A stretch of DNA of 64,000 nucleotides from Acidimicrobiales bacterium (GTDB lineage: Bacteria; Actinomycetota; Acidimicrobiia; Acidimicrobiales; Ilumatobacteraceae). The notes beneath the pieces are model-generated. The model was not told where the DNA came from. It ran no database searches and saw only the letters and a program-made list of their open reading frames with translations. The stretch lies in assembly GCA_038227995.1 (NCBI GenBank), contig JBBRPP010000002.1, positions 159,416 through 223,415 of the forward strand, given 5' to 3'. Shown here in pieces: positions 49,874 through 60,321 of this stretch (the first letter of the stretch is position 1; each line of letters starts with the position of its first letter). Made by a program: the position numbers and the translations under genes.

Positions 49874-50736
49874 TGGCCGAGCGCTGCCGCCGCAACCGCT
49901 GACGCACCAGCGCCGATGGCGACCAGGAACCCGGCCGCGAACGCATCGCCTGCCCCGGTGGTGTCGCGGACGTCGGCCACCGTCATCGCCGGTACCTCGA
50001 TCGCATGCCGTCCAGGTTGCAGGATCAGCGCCGGCTCAGCCCCGCGTTTGACGACGGTGATCGCCGCGCCGATCAACTCGGGCTCGATGCCGGAGCCGAG
50101 CCGTTCCGCTTCCAACTCGTTGCAGAGCAGGATCGACGGGCGCAGCTCGGCCAGCAGCGCGAGCAGTTCGTCGGCGCCGTAGTCATCGATGACCGATGCT
50201 GACGACGCGTCGATCGACACGCGGATCGACCGGTCGTGCGCCCACTCGATCAACGTCGTCGTCGTCCGCGCCAGCGGCTCGCCGATCAACGAGTAGACGG
50301 GAACGTGCAAGGTGTCGATGCCGTCCAGCCACAGCGGTGCCGGATGGTCCAACGCGGTGCAGGCACCTCGATCGGTGAGCATCGTTCGCTCGCCCTTGTG
50401 GTCGAGGACGACGACGATCGTGCCCGTTCGACCACCGCGCCGGAAGACCACGTCGACGCCTGCATCACGCAATTCGTCGATCAGCGCCAGCCCGATGCCG
50501 TCGTTGCCGACCTGGCCGATGAACCGCGCCGGATGACCGCCACGAACGACGCTGACCGCCATGTTCGCCGCGCTGCCACCACGGCGTCGCACGACCGTCG
50601 CCTGCGTGTCCGATGCTGACTGCACCTCGCCGCCGAGGTGCACCACGATGTCTTCGACCAAGTCACCCACCGTCGCGATCATCCACGCGACGGTATCCGG
50701 CGCACGCAACCGTTGTGGGCCGGCGAGTCGGGACAT
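49828..50736 (-). CDS. PfkB-family carbohydrate/ribokinase-like kinase.
   Basis: DTTGAGDAF motif. GG dipeptide region (VVRRRGGSAANMA). Start taken at ATG 50736 (GAGG 5 nt upstream); 50682 is an alternative. Confidence 0.8.
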   Translation of the reverse strand: MSRLAGPQRLRAPDTVAWMIATVGDLVEDIVVHLGGEVQSASDTQATVVRRRGGSAANMAVSVVRGGHPARFIGQVGNDGIGLALIDELRDAGVDVVFRRGGRTGTIVVVLDHKGERTMLTDRGACTALDHPAPLWLDGIDTLHVPVYSLIGEPLARTTTTLIEWAHDRSIRVSIDASSASVIDDYGADELLALLAELRPSILLCNELEAERLGSGIEPELIGAAITVVKRGAEPALILQPGRHAIEVPAMTVADVRDTTGAGDAFAAGFLVAIGAGASAVAAAALGHQSAARAIVAASANP

Positions 50737-50772
50737 GTGCCTCGACGGACATGTCTGTGCCAGAGTTTCAGC

Positions 50773-51372
50773 GTGAACCTCCGCGAGTGGATTGCCAATG
50801 ATCACGCCAGCGTCGCCGCCCGGTTCAGCAACTCGATCGAGCAGTACGTTCCGGCCGATCGTTGGAAGACGCCGGCGCCCGGCCCGACGAACGCACCGGC
50901 AGGGTCGGCTGGATCATCGATCGAGTTCCTCGTCTTCCATACGACATACCACCAGGACCTCGCCCTCAACACCGCTGTTCGCAACCATCCACCGCTGCTC
51001 GACCAGCACCGCAGCGCGCTCGGCATCGACGCCTTCGACCCCGCCGTCGGCCTGTCCGAGGCCGAGAACCATTCCCTGACCGAGGCCCTCGACCACGACG
51101 CCCTGTTGCGCTACATGGCCGCGGTGAATGGCTCCGTTGCGGGTTGGATTCACGATCTCAGTGAGTTGGCGTTGGACTCGATTCCCTCCGCCGGCTACCG
51201 ACTCGAGCACATCGCCGGCCTGTCGCCCGATGGTCCCCTCTCGTGGCTGCACTCGATGTGGAACGGCAAGACCGTGGCCTGGTTCGTCCAGTGGGAATGC
51301 ATCGGCCATCGGCACACCCACGTCGGTGAGATGACCGCAATCCGCAACCGGATGGGCCTGAGCCCGTTCTGA
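50773..51372 (+). CDS. DinB/YfiT-like metal-dependent four-helix-bundle protein.
   Basis: His-containing motifs (FHTTYHQDL ... [10 protein letters not shown]) typical of the DinB_2 family. GTG start inferred; the upstream ATG at 50638 would overlap the PfkB gene. Confidence 0.55.
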   Translation: MNLREWIANDHASVAARFSNSIEQYVPADRWKTPAPGPTNAPAGSAGSSIEFLVFHTTYHQDLALNTAVRNHPPLLDQHRSALGIDAFDPAVGLSEAENHSLTEALDHDALLRYMAAVNGSVAGWIHDLSELALDSIPSAGYRLEHIAGLSPDGPLSWLHSMWNGKTVAWFVQWECIGHRHTHVGEMTAIRNRMGLSPF

Positions 51373-51509
51373 CCCGCCGTCCACCTCGAATACGTCTCGT
51401 CGAAAGTTCTGACGGACCGCTACTTCACCGGTCGCGCGGACGGCCTGCGCCCGTCCAGCGGCGAGGGCATGCTGGTGGCACGAACGTAGAGCCGTACCCA
51501 CTCTGTAGG

Positions 51510-52304
51510 GTGCGTTCCGTGACGTTCACGTTGCTGCCCGCCGTCGACGTGGCCGGCGGTCAGGCCGTCCGACTCGTCCAGGGTAAGGCCGGTACCGAGA
51601 CCTACGGTGCGCCACGCGACGCAGCGCTCGCCTGGCAGGCCGGGGGCGCGCAGTGGATCCACCTCGTCGACCTCGATGCTGCGTTCGACCGTGGCTCCAA
51701 CGCGGAACTGCTCGCAGCCGTGATCGGCGAGCTCGACGTCGATGTGCAGCTGTCGGGCGGGATCCGCGACGATGCGTCGCTGGAGCGAGCGTTGTCCACC
51801 GGTTGTACGCGGGTCAACCTCGGCACCGGCGCGTTGGAGGACCGAGCGTGGTGCGCGCGGGCGATCGCCACTCACGGCGACCGCATCGCGGTCAGCCTCG
51901 ATGTGCGCATCGTCAGCGAACCAGACGGCACGGTGCAGCACCGTCTGGCGGCTCGCGGCGGGACCAGCGACGGCGGTGACCTGTGGGAGACAGTCGCGCA
52001 GCTGGACCACGACGGCTGCGCCCGCTACATCATCACCGATGTCGGCAGGGACGGCATGTTGCGCGGTCCCAACGTCGAGCTCTACCGCGCTGTCACCCGC
52101 GTCACCGCGGCCCCGGTGATCGCGTCGGGTGGGATCTCCTCGATCAGTGATCTGGTCGTCCTGGCCGAGGCGGCCGCCGCAGGTGCGAACCTCGAAGGTT
52201 CCATCGTCGGCAAGGCGCTCTACGCCGGCCGGTTCACCCTGCCCCAGGCACTGGAGGCGATGCGCCACGTCGACCGCGACCAGCCGGGCCCCGCCGACGG
52301 CTGA
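51510..52304 (+). CDS. priA: Phosphoribosyl isomerase A (PriA/HisA, (beta/alpha)8 barrel).
   Basis: [18 protein letters not shown] ... GIRD ... ASGGISS is the classic HisA/PriA pattern. GTG start; an alternative GTG at 51519 has TAGGGTG upstream. Confidence 0.85.
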   Translation: MRSVTFTLLPAVDVAGGQAVRLVQGKAGTETYGAPRDAALAWQAGGAQWIHLVDLDAAFDRGSNAELLAAVIGELDVDVQLSGGIRDDASLERALSTGCTRVNLGTGALEDRAWCARAIATHGDRIAVSLDVRIVSEPDGTVQHRLAARGGTSDGGDLWETVAQLDHDGCARYIITDVGRDGMLRGPNVELYRAVTRVTAAPVIASGGISSISDLVVLAEAAAAGANLEGSIVGKALYAGRFTLPQALEAMRHVDRDQPGPADG

Positions 52305-52525
52305 CACCGATCGGCGCCGGGACGCGACGGGACGCGACGATGCGGCCGATCGGGTTGCGGTCGGCTCGCTGATTTCGAGGGATTGGGACCTTCCGGTGTG
52401 GACGTTCAACAACGGATGCTCCCGAGCCCAACGGGCCGTCACGATTGCGTGGTTGATGCAGGCGTCGGACGGTGGGGGGTGTTGTTTGGGTGCCTGACCT
52501 GTCCCGCTGCTGTGCGCGGCGGTGG

Positions 52526-53842
52526 TCAGGCTGCTTGGGGTGGTGGTTGTTGTCGTGGTGCGATTTCGGTGCCGTCGGGTCGGTAGTGGTGCCATCCGGT
52601 TTCATCGCGGATGACGGTGATGCCGAGGTTGTGTTTGGCCCGGTTGTGGATCGGGCAACACGGCCCACCATTGACACTTTTCGTCAAACCGGCCGCCCGG
52701 GCCCATGGTTGCAGGTGATCGATCTGGATCGACCCGCAACGCATGTGGCAGCCAGGCCAGGAGCAGCGGTCACCGGTGAGCAGGACTGCTTCACGCGCTG
52801 CACCGGTGAACAGGCGACTCTTCCGTCCGAGATCGATGACCCGACCACATGAATCGATGAGGACACGGCGCACGTTGCCCAACAGGGCGGCGACGATCAG
52901 GTCATATGGTGACACGGGTGTCCCGTCAGAGGTTTCGCAGAGGTGTTCGCGCCACGAATGGCCGTCCGGGACCGATGGTGTGCCGAAGAACTCGCGGGCT
53001 GCGGCAGCGAGGGTTGCTTCGGTGCAGATGATGTTCACGATCGGGACCAGATCGGCGATCTCACGCGTGCCCGCGGCTTTCGCGAAGATCGTCTGGACCG
53101 CGTCGAACTGACGTTGCGCATTCGTGCGTCGCAACGGATGGTTCTTGGCGTCGTCGCCGTATCGGGCCAAACGTTCGGCGACATCGGTCGCGTACTCGGC
53201 GTCAGCGTGCGCGTTGAGGACGTTCTGCAAGATCTCACCCGTCAGCGCGTCGCCTTCGATGCGCAGGATGAACCCTTCACCAACCATCGACAGCGTCGCT
53301 TTGCGGTTCTCACGCGCCAACGCGTGGTCTTTCATCGTGCCGTCCGGATCAGCATGCGACTTGAACCGGTCACAACACACGGTGAAATCGCGGAACGTCA
53401 ACGTCCTCGCGGCATCCAGCAGCTCGTCCTCGACCAGTCCCAGCGCGTCACGGCACCGTTCGTTCGCATACAACGCGGCCAATGTCTTGACGTGTTGGAG
53501 GCCGATCTCACCAGCCGCGAACGCGACCGCGAACAACGAGTGCGCAGCGAGCAGGTCCGCGACCTGCACCGCCACTTTCGATGCGGCCGGCGTGTTGTTG
53601 GTGACCGCCCGGAACCAAGCCTGCGGGTTGTGATGATGATCATCGAGAAACCCGAGCGATGACTTCACCTCCGCCAGCATCACCGCTTTCACGGCTTCCA
53701 ACCGGCGCGACATCCGCTCCACCGACATGAACAATTCGTCACGCGCAAACCCGGAAAGACCGCGGAACTCGTCGAGACCCGGGACGCGAAGATCGCAGGG
53801 CTCGTCGAAGATCGACGTGTCGAAAACGGCGCTGCCGTCCAT
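52526..53842 (-). CDS. DUF222 + HNH endonuclease protein (REP13E12-like element).
   Basis: HNH: CSWPGCHMRCGSIQIDHLQPWARAAGLTKSVNGGPCCPIHNRAKHN. DUF222 N-terminal region. ATG at 53842 with AAGGGGTGA RBS. Codon usage visibly less C3-rich than neighbours. Confidence 0.85.
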   Translation of the reverse strand: MDGSAVFDTSIFDEPCDLRVPGLDEFRGLSGFARDELFMSVERMSRRLEAVKAVMLAEVKSSLGFLDDHHHNPQAWFRAVTNNTPAASKVAVQVADLLAAHSLFAVAFAAGEIGLQHVKTLAALYANERCRDALGLVEDELLDAARTLTFRDFTVCCDRFKSHADPDGTMKDHALARENRKATLSMVGEGFILRIEGDALTGEILQNVLNAHADAEYATDVAERLARYGDDAKNHPLRRTNAQRQFDAVQTIFAKAAGTREIADLVPIVNIICTEATLAAAAREFFGTPSVPDGHSWREHLCETSDGTPVSPYDLIVAALLGNVRRVLIDSCGRVIDLGRKSRLFTGAAREAVLLTGDRCSWPGCHMRCGSIQIDHLQPWARAAGLTKSVNGGPCCPIHNRAKHNLGITVIRDETGWHHYRPDGTEIAPRQQPPPQAA

Positions 53843-54049
53843 CACTTCACCCCTTCGCTGCGAGACACTCAACAATGAATCGAGGCAGCATTCCCGCTGC
53901 TGCCGAGCGTGGATCGGGCAAGATCAACAACCCAAACCATAGTCGAACTGACGTTCGTACCGCAACCCGCAACGACACATTTCTCGACCAACAAATCGCG
54001 CCTGAGCTGCGACAATGTGCCGATCCACGGCGATCGAAGTGATCCCCGC

Positions 54050-54724
54050 TCAGTCTTCTCGTTCGAGCTGCTGGTCGCGGGTGACGAGCTCACAGGGGGT
54101 GGTGACGCTGCGAGTCAGCTCGGCGATGAACTCGTCGCTGCCAGCGACGTACAGCGCCCAGAAGTCGACGTCGGTGGCGACGAACCAACGGCGATCGTCC
54201 GGCCAGAACAGGTCGGGACGGCGCCAGTCGTTCAGGGCCCCAGGGTCACGCAACTCGGTCACGGCCGAGACCGGTCCCGTCAGCAGGTAATAGACGCGGT
54301 GCGGCAGTTCGAATCGGGGGACCTCACGCAGCGCGGCCTCGATCCAAGCGTTGCGACGAACGTCGTCCATCCGCAGTCTGAGCCGCTCACGTTCGAGAGC
54401 GTCGCGGGAGGCGTCGTCGAGGGGCCCGGGCATCGCGATGTGAGTCGTGCGGTTGGTGAAGCCGTGTCCTTCCCACACGGCGAACCATGCACGATCGGCC
54501 GTGCCCGTGTGTCGTACACCGACGTCGGCGATGACGCCGAGCAAGCCGCGGTACGCCGCCCACCAGTCCTCGACGTCTGACTCAGGTGCACGCACGCGAA
54601 CCATCGACGGATACTGGTCGGGCACGAACGCGCCAACGGTGCCCCACACTCCCGAACGCGCTTCGGCGATCCACTCCGCCGCATCGACGGACACCGGGCG
54701 CTCGACAGCGTTACCGAAGATCAT
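54050..54724 (-). CDS. Hypothetical 224-aa protein (Trp-rich, no recognised domain), upstream of the HNH element.
   Basis: ATG at 54724. Composition (9 Trp, balanced charge) unlike the antisense GC-artefact ORF 53909..54580. Confidence 0.5.
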   Translation of the reverse strand: MIFGNAVERPVSVDAAEWIAEARSGVWGTVGAFVPDQYPSMVRVRAPESDVEDWWAAYRGLLGVIADVGVRHTGTADRAWFAVWEGHGFTNRTTHIAMPGPLDDASRDALERERLRLRMDDVRRNAWIEAALREVPRFELPHRVYYLLTGPVSAVTELRDPGALNDWRRPDLFWPDDRRWFVATDVDFWALYVAGSDEFIAELTRSVTTPCELVTRDQQLERED

Positions 54725-54839
54725 CGCGAGATGTTCGCGCGGTCACGTGGGAGAACCGCTCCGCATTTCGACCGCCGGCACTCCCACTGCCGGCACTCCC
54801 AACGCCGACCACACTGCGCAGCGCTGCCGGTCTCGATGC

Positions 54840-55538
54840 TCAGATGGCGCAACCGTCCGGCCCGCACGCCGACCCGTCAGCGTCACCGACGATCGTCAGC
54901 GGATGCGACTCGGCCCACGCCTTGGTCAGCGTGTCGGTGAACACCTCCGTCGGCTGCGCGCCCGACACCCCATACGTGCGATCGAACACGAAGAACGGCA
55001 CGCCGGAGACCCCGAGCGCCTGACCGTCGGCGATGTCGTCGCGAACCTCGCTGGCATATCGATCGGAGACGAGGGTGTCGCGGACCATGGTCGCGTCGAG
55101 GCCCAGTTCGACGCCAACGGCAACCAGCGCGTCGATGCTGCCGATGTCCTCACCGCGTTCGAAGTGTCCGGACAGCAAGCGCTCTTTCGCTGCATCACCG
55201 ACGCCGGCCTCCTTGGCAACGTGCAGAAACCGATGGGCCATGAAGCTGTTGGCGACCACGAGGCGGTCGAAGTCGTAGTGCAGTCCGACGCCGGCCGCCT
55301 GCGCCGAGACGTGCTGGAACATCGACGCCGCTTGCGATCTGGCGAGGCCCTTGCGCTCGCTGAGGTAGTCCAGTTCGCTGCCGTCGTAATGGTCGGGCAG
55401 CGACGGGTCGAGTTGGAAGCTGCGCCACGTCACGGACACATCGTCGCGATGGGGGAAACGTTCGAGCGCGGCTTCGAAGCGGCGCTTGCCGATGTAGCAC
55501 CACGGGCACGCGATGTCGGACCAGATCTCGATGTTCAT
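54840..55538 (-). CDS. DsbA-family thiol:disulfide oxidoreductase (FrnE-like).
   Basis: MNIEIWSDIACPWCYIGKRRFEAAL (CPWC active site). ATG 55538. Confidence 0.85.
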   Translation of the reverse strand: MNIEIWSDIACPWCYIGKRRFEAALERFPHRDDVSVTWRSFQLDPSLPDHYDGSELDYLSERKGLARSQAASMFQHVSAQAAGVGLHYDFDRLVVANSFMAHRFLHVAKEAGVGDAAKERLLSGHFERGEDIGSIDALVAVGVELGLDATMVRDTLVSDRYASEVRDDIADGQALGVSGVPFFVFDRTYGVSGAQPTEVFTDTLTKAWAESHPLTIVGDADGSACGPDGCAI

Positions 55539-55620
55539 GCCGGGTCGAACCAATCCCGCGGCGGCATCATTCCATTCGTCGCGACGCATGCCGATGTTCG
55601 AGACACCGGCCCGATTCGCA

Positions 55621-56004
55621 TCAGTCGCGGGCCAACCAGTCGCCGCCCGCGATGCGACGCAGCTGGATGTCGGGGTCGGTGCCGAACTGGTACACCCAGG
55701 CGTCGTGACCGTTCTCGGTGCGCACCCGCGTGCGCTGATACAAACCGCGGACTGCGCCTTCGACGAGGTCGAGCTCGTGCAGCGCCTGTTCGACGGACTC
55801 CTCGATCAACTCGTAGGTGCGACCCCGCACGCGCAACTGGTCATCGGGCGCGCCGTCGAACCGCGCTGCGGGATAGCCGAGCCCCGTGTCGGACAGCTCG
55901 CCCGTCACTGCATCGTCGGCGCCGCCATCGACCACGAACGGTTCGAGGAACTTCCACCGCACCTCCCCCGGCCGCAGGGTGCCGTAGACGAAGAGGTGGC
56001 TCAA
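55621..56004 (-). CDS. Gamma-glutamylcyclotransferase (AIG2/GGCT-like).
   Basis: LFVYGTLRPGE...GYPAA...YELIEE...AWVYQF. The only in-frame start is TTG 56004, overlapping the upstream stop (TTGA). Start uncertain. Confidence 0.5.
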   Translation of the reverse strand: MSHLFVYGTLRPGEVRWKFLEPFVVDGGADDAVTGELSDTGLGYPAARFDGAPDDQLRVRGRTYELIEESVEQALHELDLVEGAVRGLYQRTRVRTENGHDAWVYQFGTDPDIQLRRIAGGDWLARD

Positions 56005-56417
56005 CGCTTGGTCTTGCCGCCGAGCGGCAGCACGCGCAGCAGGTGATGCCAACGACAGCTGGTGCACGCCTCGACCACGTAGGCGTCGAGATCGTCGCTG
56101 CGACCGTCGAACTGGGCCAGGTCGGCCTTCGTCGCGACGCAGCGACCGTGTGACGGCAGCCGCGGCCCGAAGACGTACGTCACCAGCACCAGGTTCTGCT
56201 CTTCGCAGATCGGGCACAGCACGCTGCTCGGCGCGCCGAGGTTCTTCGCTGCACGAATCAGCTCTGGATGTGCGTCGCACACCTGCTCACGCCGCAACCG
56301 ACCGCGACGAACCTCGTTGATCAGGGCCAGACGCTCGAGCCGGTGATCGACCACAGCACGGCCAGGACCACTGGAACCGCCGCGGAAGGTGTCGACCGAG
56401 AAAGACATGACTCGCAC
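56001..56417 (-). CDS. Conserved actinobacterial Cys-rich (zinc-ribbon-like) small protein.
   Basis: RRGRLRREQVCDAHPELIRAAKNLG...CPICEEQNL...CTSCRWHH. GTG (56417) or ATG (56408) start. Confidence 0.5.
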   Translation of the reverse strand: MRVMSFSVDTFRGGSSGPGRAVVDHRLERLALINEVRRGRLRREQVCDAHPELIRAAKNLGAPSSVLCPICEEQNLVLVTYVFGPRLPSHGRCVATKADLAQFDGRSDDLDAYVVEACTSCRWHHLLRVLPLGGKTKR

Positions 56418-56483
56418 AGGATACCGAACCGAGTGTTTCAGTCATCCGCGTATCGAACCCACCCACGAAGCACACTAAGGACC

Positions 56484-57083
56484 GTGGTAGCAGTCGTACG
56501 GTACGGAGCATCGGTCGCGGACGAGAGCGAGCTTCGCCTCTGCGGCGACGTGAACGGCAAGCGCGTGATCGAGCTCGGCATCGGTGCGTGGGGCAACTCG
56601 GTGGCGCTGGCGCTTGCGGGTGCGCGGACACTTGCCGTCGACCCGTCTGCCGACCGGATCGCGATGCTGCGTCGTCAGGCCGAAGAGGCCGAAGTGACCG
56701 TGCAGTGCCACCAGAGCGAGGTCGCGGATCTCGGCTTCGCGACCAGTGCGTCGATCGATCTCGTCGTCGCCTCGCACACCTTGCTGGACATCGACGATCT
56801 GGCCCGCCTGCTGCGCCAGATCCACCGCGTGCTCAAACCCGAGTCGCCATTCGTGATGGCCGGCCCGCACCCCATCGCGGCAATGCTCGCATCCGTGGGC
56901 GGCCAGTACGTCGCTCAGCAGCCATATGGCGCTGCACCGGCGCGCTCGATCAGCGACATCTTCATGGCGATGCAGCGCACCAACTTCCGCATCGACGTGA
57001 TGCACGAGCTGATGCCGATCAACAGTCGCAACGCGATGGCGCCGGCAGTGTTGGTGATCCGAGCCCGCAAGCTCGGTGTCTGA
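56484..57083 (+). CDS. Class I SAM-dependent methyltransferase.
   Basis: Motif I VIELGIGAWGNSV. Motif post-I/II LVVASHTL...LKPESPF. GTG 56484 with AAGGA 4 nt upstream. The track's ATG at 56268 would overlap the convergent gene. Confidence 0.7.
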   Translation: MVAVVRYGASVADESELRLCGDVNGKRVIELGIGAWGNSVALALAGARTLAVDPSADRIAMLRRQAEEAEVTVQCHQSEVADLGFATSASIDLVVASHTLLDIDDLARLLRQIHRVLKPESPFVMAGPHPIAAMLASVGGQYVAQQPYGAAPARSISDIFMAMQRTNFRIDVMHELMPINSRNAMAPAVLVIRARKLGV

Positions 57084-57131
57084 CCGCACACCTGGCCGCG
57101 GCAACGTCACCGGCGGCCGGCACGCTGTCGT

Positions 57132-60100
57132 TCAGACGCCCGCGCGCTCGGCTTCGATCAGCGCCGCCGGGCGCGGGCGACCGAACAGGTAACCCTGGGC
57201 CCGATCGCATCCGGTCTCGCGGAGGCGAGTCAGCTGCAGCGGCGTCTCGACGCCTTCGGCAACGACCATCAAGCCCAGCGACTTGCCCAGGTTGACGACG
57301 GCTTCGACGATCGTCGTGTCCTCGGCGTCGATGCCGAGACCCTTGACGAACTGCCGATCGACCTTGATCGCTTCCACCGGGAATCGCTTGAGGTACGTCA
57401 GCGACGAGTAGCCCGTGCCGAAATCGTCGACGGACAGGTGCAGGCCGAGATTGCGCAGGTTCCGCAGCGCGATCGTCGCAGCCTTGACGTCGCTCATCAG
57501 CGCGGTCTCGGTGATTTCCAGCCACAGTGAATCGGCGCGGACGCCGGTCTCGGCGAGTGCCTCGGAGACGACGTCGTTGAAGCGTGCATCGACGAGCTGC
57601 CGGACCGAGACGTTGACGGCGATCGACACGTTGGCCAACGACGGCACCGTCGCCTGCCACCGTCCGAGTTGGGCCAGCGAGGCCTTCAGCACCGCAGCAC
57701 CCAGCTCGCCGATGAGTCCCGTCTCCTCCGCCATTGGCAGGAACTGATCGGGCCCGAGCAGGCCGCGGTCCGGGTGGCGCCATCGAGCGAGCACCTCGAA
57801 CCCGGTCAGCTGCCCGGTGGGGAGGTCGACGATCGGCTGGTAATACGGCACGATCTCACCCCGCTCCAATCCGTGGCGCAGCTCACTCGACGTTCGCAGG
57901 GTCAGCACCGACGTCTCATGGGCACCGGGCGCGAACGCCTCGACGCAGTCGCGCCCACGCGCTTTGGCGCGGTACATCGCGGCATCCGCATCGCGCAGCA
58001 GTTCATCGGCCGTCACGCCGGCCCGATCGGCGAAGGCGATGCCGATGCTGCCCGTGACGTACAGCTCGGATCCGTCGACTTCGAGCGGTTCCAGGATCGC
58101 TTCACGCAGACGTTCCGCGACGTCGCTCGGGGATACGTCGAGCTGCAATCCGTCGAGCATCACGATGAACTCGTCACCGCCGAAGCGACCGAGCATGTCG
58201 CGGTCGCGGACAACCGAACGCAACCGATCACTCATGCCACGCAGTAGAACGTCGCCCACCGCGTGGCCGAGGCTGTCGTTGACGACCTTGAAGTTGTCGA
58301 GGTCGATGAAGAGCACGGCGATCGAGCCCAGCTCGGCACCATCGAGTCGGCGACGGAGCTGCTCGAGGAAGTGGGCCCGGTTGGGAAGCCCGGTCAGCTC
58401 GTCGTGGCTTGCGGCCCACTGCAGATGCTCGGCGGCACGACGCTGATCGGTGATGTCCTGGACATGATCGATCGCCAATTCCTGGCCGTGCTCGTCGGTC
58501 ATCAGGCTCACCGACGTGTGCGCCCACACGATCTGGCCGTCGGCACGGATGTAGCGCTTGTCGAGGCTGTAGCTGGAGGCTCCACTGACGACTCGGTCGA
58601 AGACCGGCGCCAGGTGGCGATCGTCGGGATGGGTGATCTCGTAAACCGTTCGCCCGATCAACGCCTCCCGCGTCGTGCCCAGCATCGCCGCCAGCGCGTC
58701 GTTCACGTCGAGCAGGCGCAGATCGTTCGCGGTCGACATCGCCATGCCGGTCGGCGCCGACGCAAAGGCAATGCGGAAGCGGGTTTGCGCCCGCTCGAGT
58801 TCGAGCGCCTCGGCCAGCCGTCCTGACACATCGCGCAGTGTCAGCACCAGTCGATCGGTGTTGGTGATCGGCGTCCGCACGTCAGCCTCGACCATCGCGT
58901 GCGAGCCGTCGACGTGCATCAGCTTGAACACGGGATTGTCGGGTTCCTCGTTGGCGAGCAGTTCTCGCCACATGCCGAACAGCGCCGACCGATCGTCGGT
59001 GTGCACCAACGTCATGAACGGCTGACCGATCAGGGCCGCTCGGTCGACTCCCGTGGCGCCGAGCATCTTCGCATTGAGGTCGAGGATGGTTCCGTCGGCG
59101 GCGAGCACCACGACCGCTTCTGGCAGATCGTCGAGGAGGTGACGGGCATCGGCTTCGGCGGCTCGCAATCGATCGATGTTGCTGTTCAACCGGTCGGCGA
59201 GTCGGCCGGATTCGTACCAGGCCGACACCTGGCTGAAGGCGAGGACGACACCGAGCGCGAACCCGATCGATGTGCTGACGATCGACGACGAGCGGTGTTG
59301 CACGAGGTAGTGCAGTGCCGCAACCCAGATCGCGGCCACGAGCGGCAGGTAGACCGCCGTCAGGCGAGCAAGGCTGGCCCGGGACGAGCTCGGCACGCTG
59401 CGGTGTCGCATCACACTTGCGGCGACGATGACCGCGAAGCTGGCCAGGTACAGCAGATGAGCCACCGAGTAGAGGGTGTTGCCGTCGGAGTACCAGACCG
59501 TCAAGACACTGTCGGCGAACACGAGGATCGCGCCACCCAGTCCGATCATCGCGATCACCGGTGAACGGTCGTGGATCGAGAGCAGGACTGCGATCGCGAC
59601 CACGAACGATGTGCTCAGTGGAACGACCGCCAACATGATCAGACTGGCATTGCTCTGATGGTGGATCGACGGGGCGAGCGCCAGCTCCCAGACGAGGAAA
59701 CCGATCGAGATCGCAAGCACCAACGCTTCGGCCACCATCGGTCGTACCGATGTCCAGCCGGACCCATCGAGTCCGAGGCGGAGGAGGCCGACTGCCGTCA
59801 GCACCGACCAGCCGACGAACCCGATCGACGCAACAGAGACCGTCGGGTTCACGTGGCCGACGAAGCGCAAGCCGATCCATGCGACCTGACCGAGGCCCCA
59901 CGAGCCTGCCCCGGCGGCCAGCCACCACCAACCCGATTGCTGCGAGCGCAACGCACGACGGGCCAAGAGAAGCACGGCCAGAGCCGGCCCGATCAGCTCG
60001 GAAGCGTCCGCGAGGACACCCCACTGGGCTGCGTCGACGCCCGAACGAGCCACCTCGACGCCGTTGAGCAACAGGCAGAGCGCGAGGCCCACGCCGACCA

Positions 60101-60212
60101 ACAGGCGCGGTTGATCGAGCAGACGGGGCACCGCTGCTGTCGTCGCGTCGTCCGCCAACGTCGCGTCCGTCATCGGTGAGGCACCCCGTCGCGCATGTTC
60201 GAGACATCCCAC
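57132..60212 (-). CDS. Membrane-anchored sensor: N-terminal ~300-aa multi-TM domain, two PAS domains, GGDEF and EAL.
   Basis: ~8 hydrophobic helices at the N-terminus. [30 protein letters not shown]. Alternative ATG at 60173. Confidence 0.9.
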   Translation of the reverse strand: MGCLEHARRGASPMTDATLADDATTAAVPRLLDQPRLLVGVGLALCLLLNGVEVARSGVDAAQWGVLADASELIGPALAVLLLARRALRSQQSGWWWLAAGAGSWGLGQVAWIGLRFVGHVNPTVSVASIGFVGWSVLTAVGLLRLGLDGSGWTSVRPMVAEALVLAISIGFLVWELALAPSIHHQSNASLIMLAVVPLSTSFVVAIAVLLSIHDRSPVIAMIGLGGAILVFADSVLTVWYSDGNTLYSVAHLLYLASFAVIVAASVMRHRSVPSSSRASLARLTAVYLPLVAAIWVAALHYLVQHRSSSIVSTSIGFALGVVLAFSQVSAWYESGRLADRLNSNIDRLRAAEADARHLLDDLPEAVVVLAADGTILDLNAKMLGATGVDRAALIGQPFMTLVHTDDRSALFGMWRELLANEEPDNPVFKLMHVDGSHAMVEADVRTPITNTDRLVLTLRDVSGRLAEALELERAQTRFRIAFASAPTGMAMSTANDLRLLDVNDALAAMLGTTREALIGRTVYEITHPDDRHLAPVFDRVVSGASSYSLDKRYIRADGQIVWAHTSVSLMTDEHGQELAIDHVQDITDQRRAAEHLQWAASHDELTGLPNRAHFLEQLRRRLDGAELGSIAVLFIDLDNFKVVNDSLGHAVGDVLLRGMSDRLRSVVRDRDMLGRFGGDEFIVMLDGLQLDVSPSDVAERLREAILEPLEVDGSELYVTGSIGIAFADRAGVTADELLRDADAAMYRAKARGRDCVEAFAPGAHETSVLTLRTSSELRHGLERGEIVPYYQPIVDLPTGQLTGFEVLARWRHPDRGLLGPDQFLPMAEETGLIGELGAAVLKASLAQLGRWQATVPSLANVSIAVNVSVRQLVDARFNDVVSEALAETGVRADSLWLEITETALMSDVKAATIALRNLRNLGLHLSVDDFGTGYSSLTYLKRFPVEAIKVDRQFVKGLGIDAEDTTIVEAVVNLGKSLGLMVVAEGVETPLQLTRLRETGCDRAQGYLFGRPRPAALIEAERAGV

Positions 60213-60321
60213 CTGTTCGTCACCACCGCAACCCTGCGTCGCGGCTACGCCACTCTACGCGTTGAGACGAACACTTGTACAGCATTTCCGCCGAATTGGT
60301 CGCGCTGCCGGTGACCGAAAC

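Noticed and set aside
51420-52595. 391-aa minus ORF
   Set aside because: Antisense to priA/hisA, which has textbook motifs.
54447-56153. 568-aa plus ORF
   Set aside because: Antisense to DsbA, GGCT and the 224-aa hypothetical. Arg/Ala-rich low-complexity.
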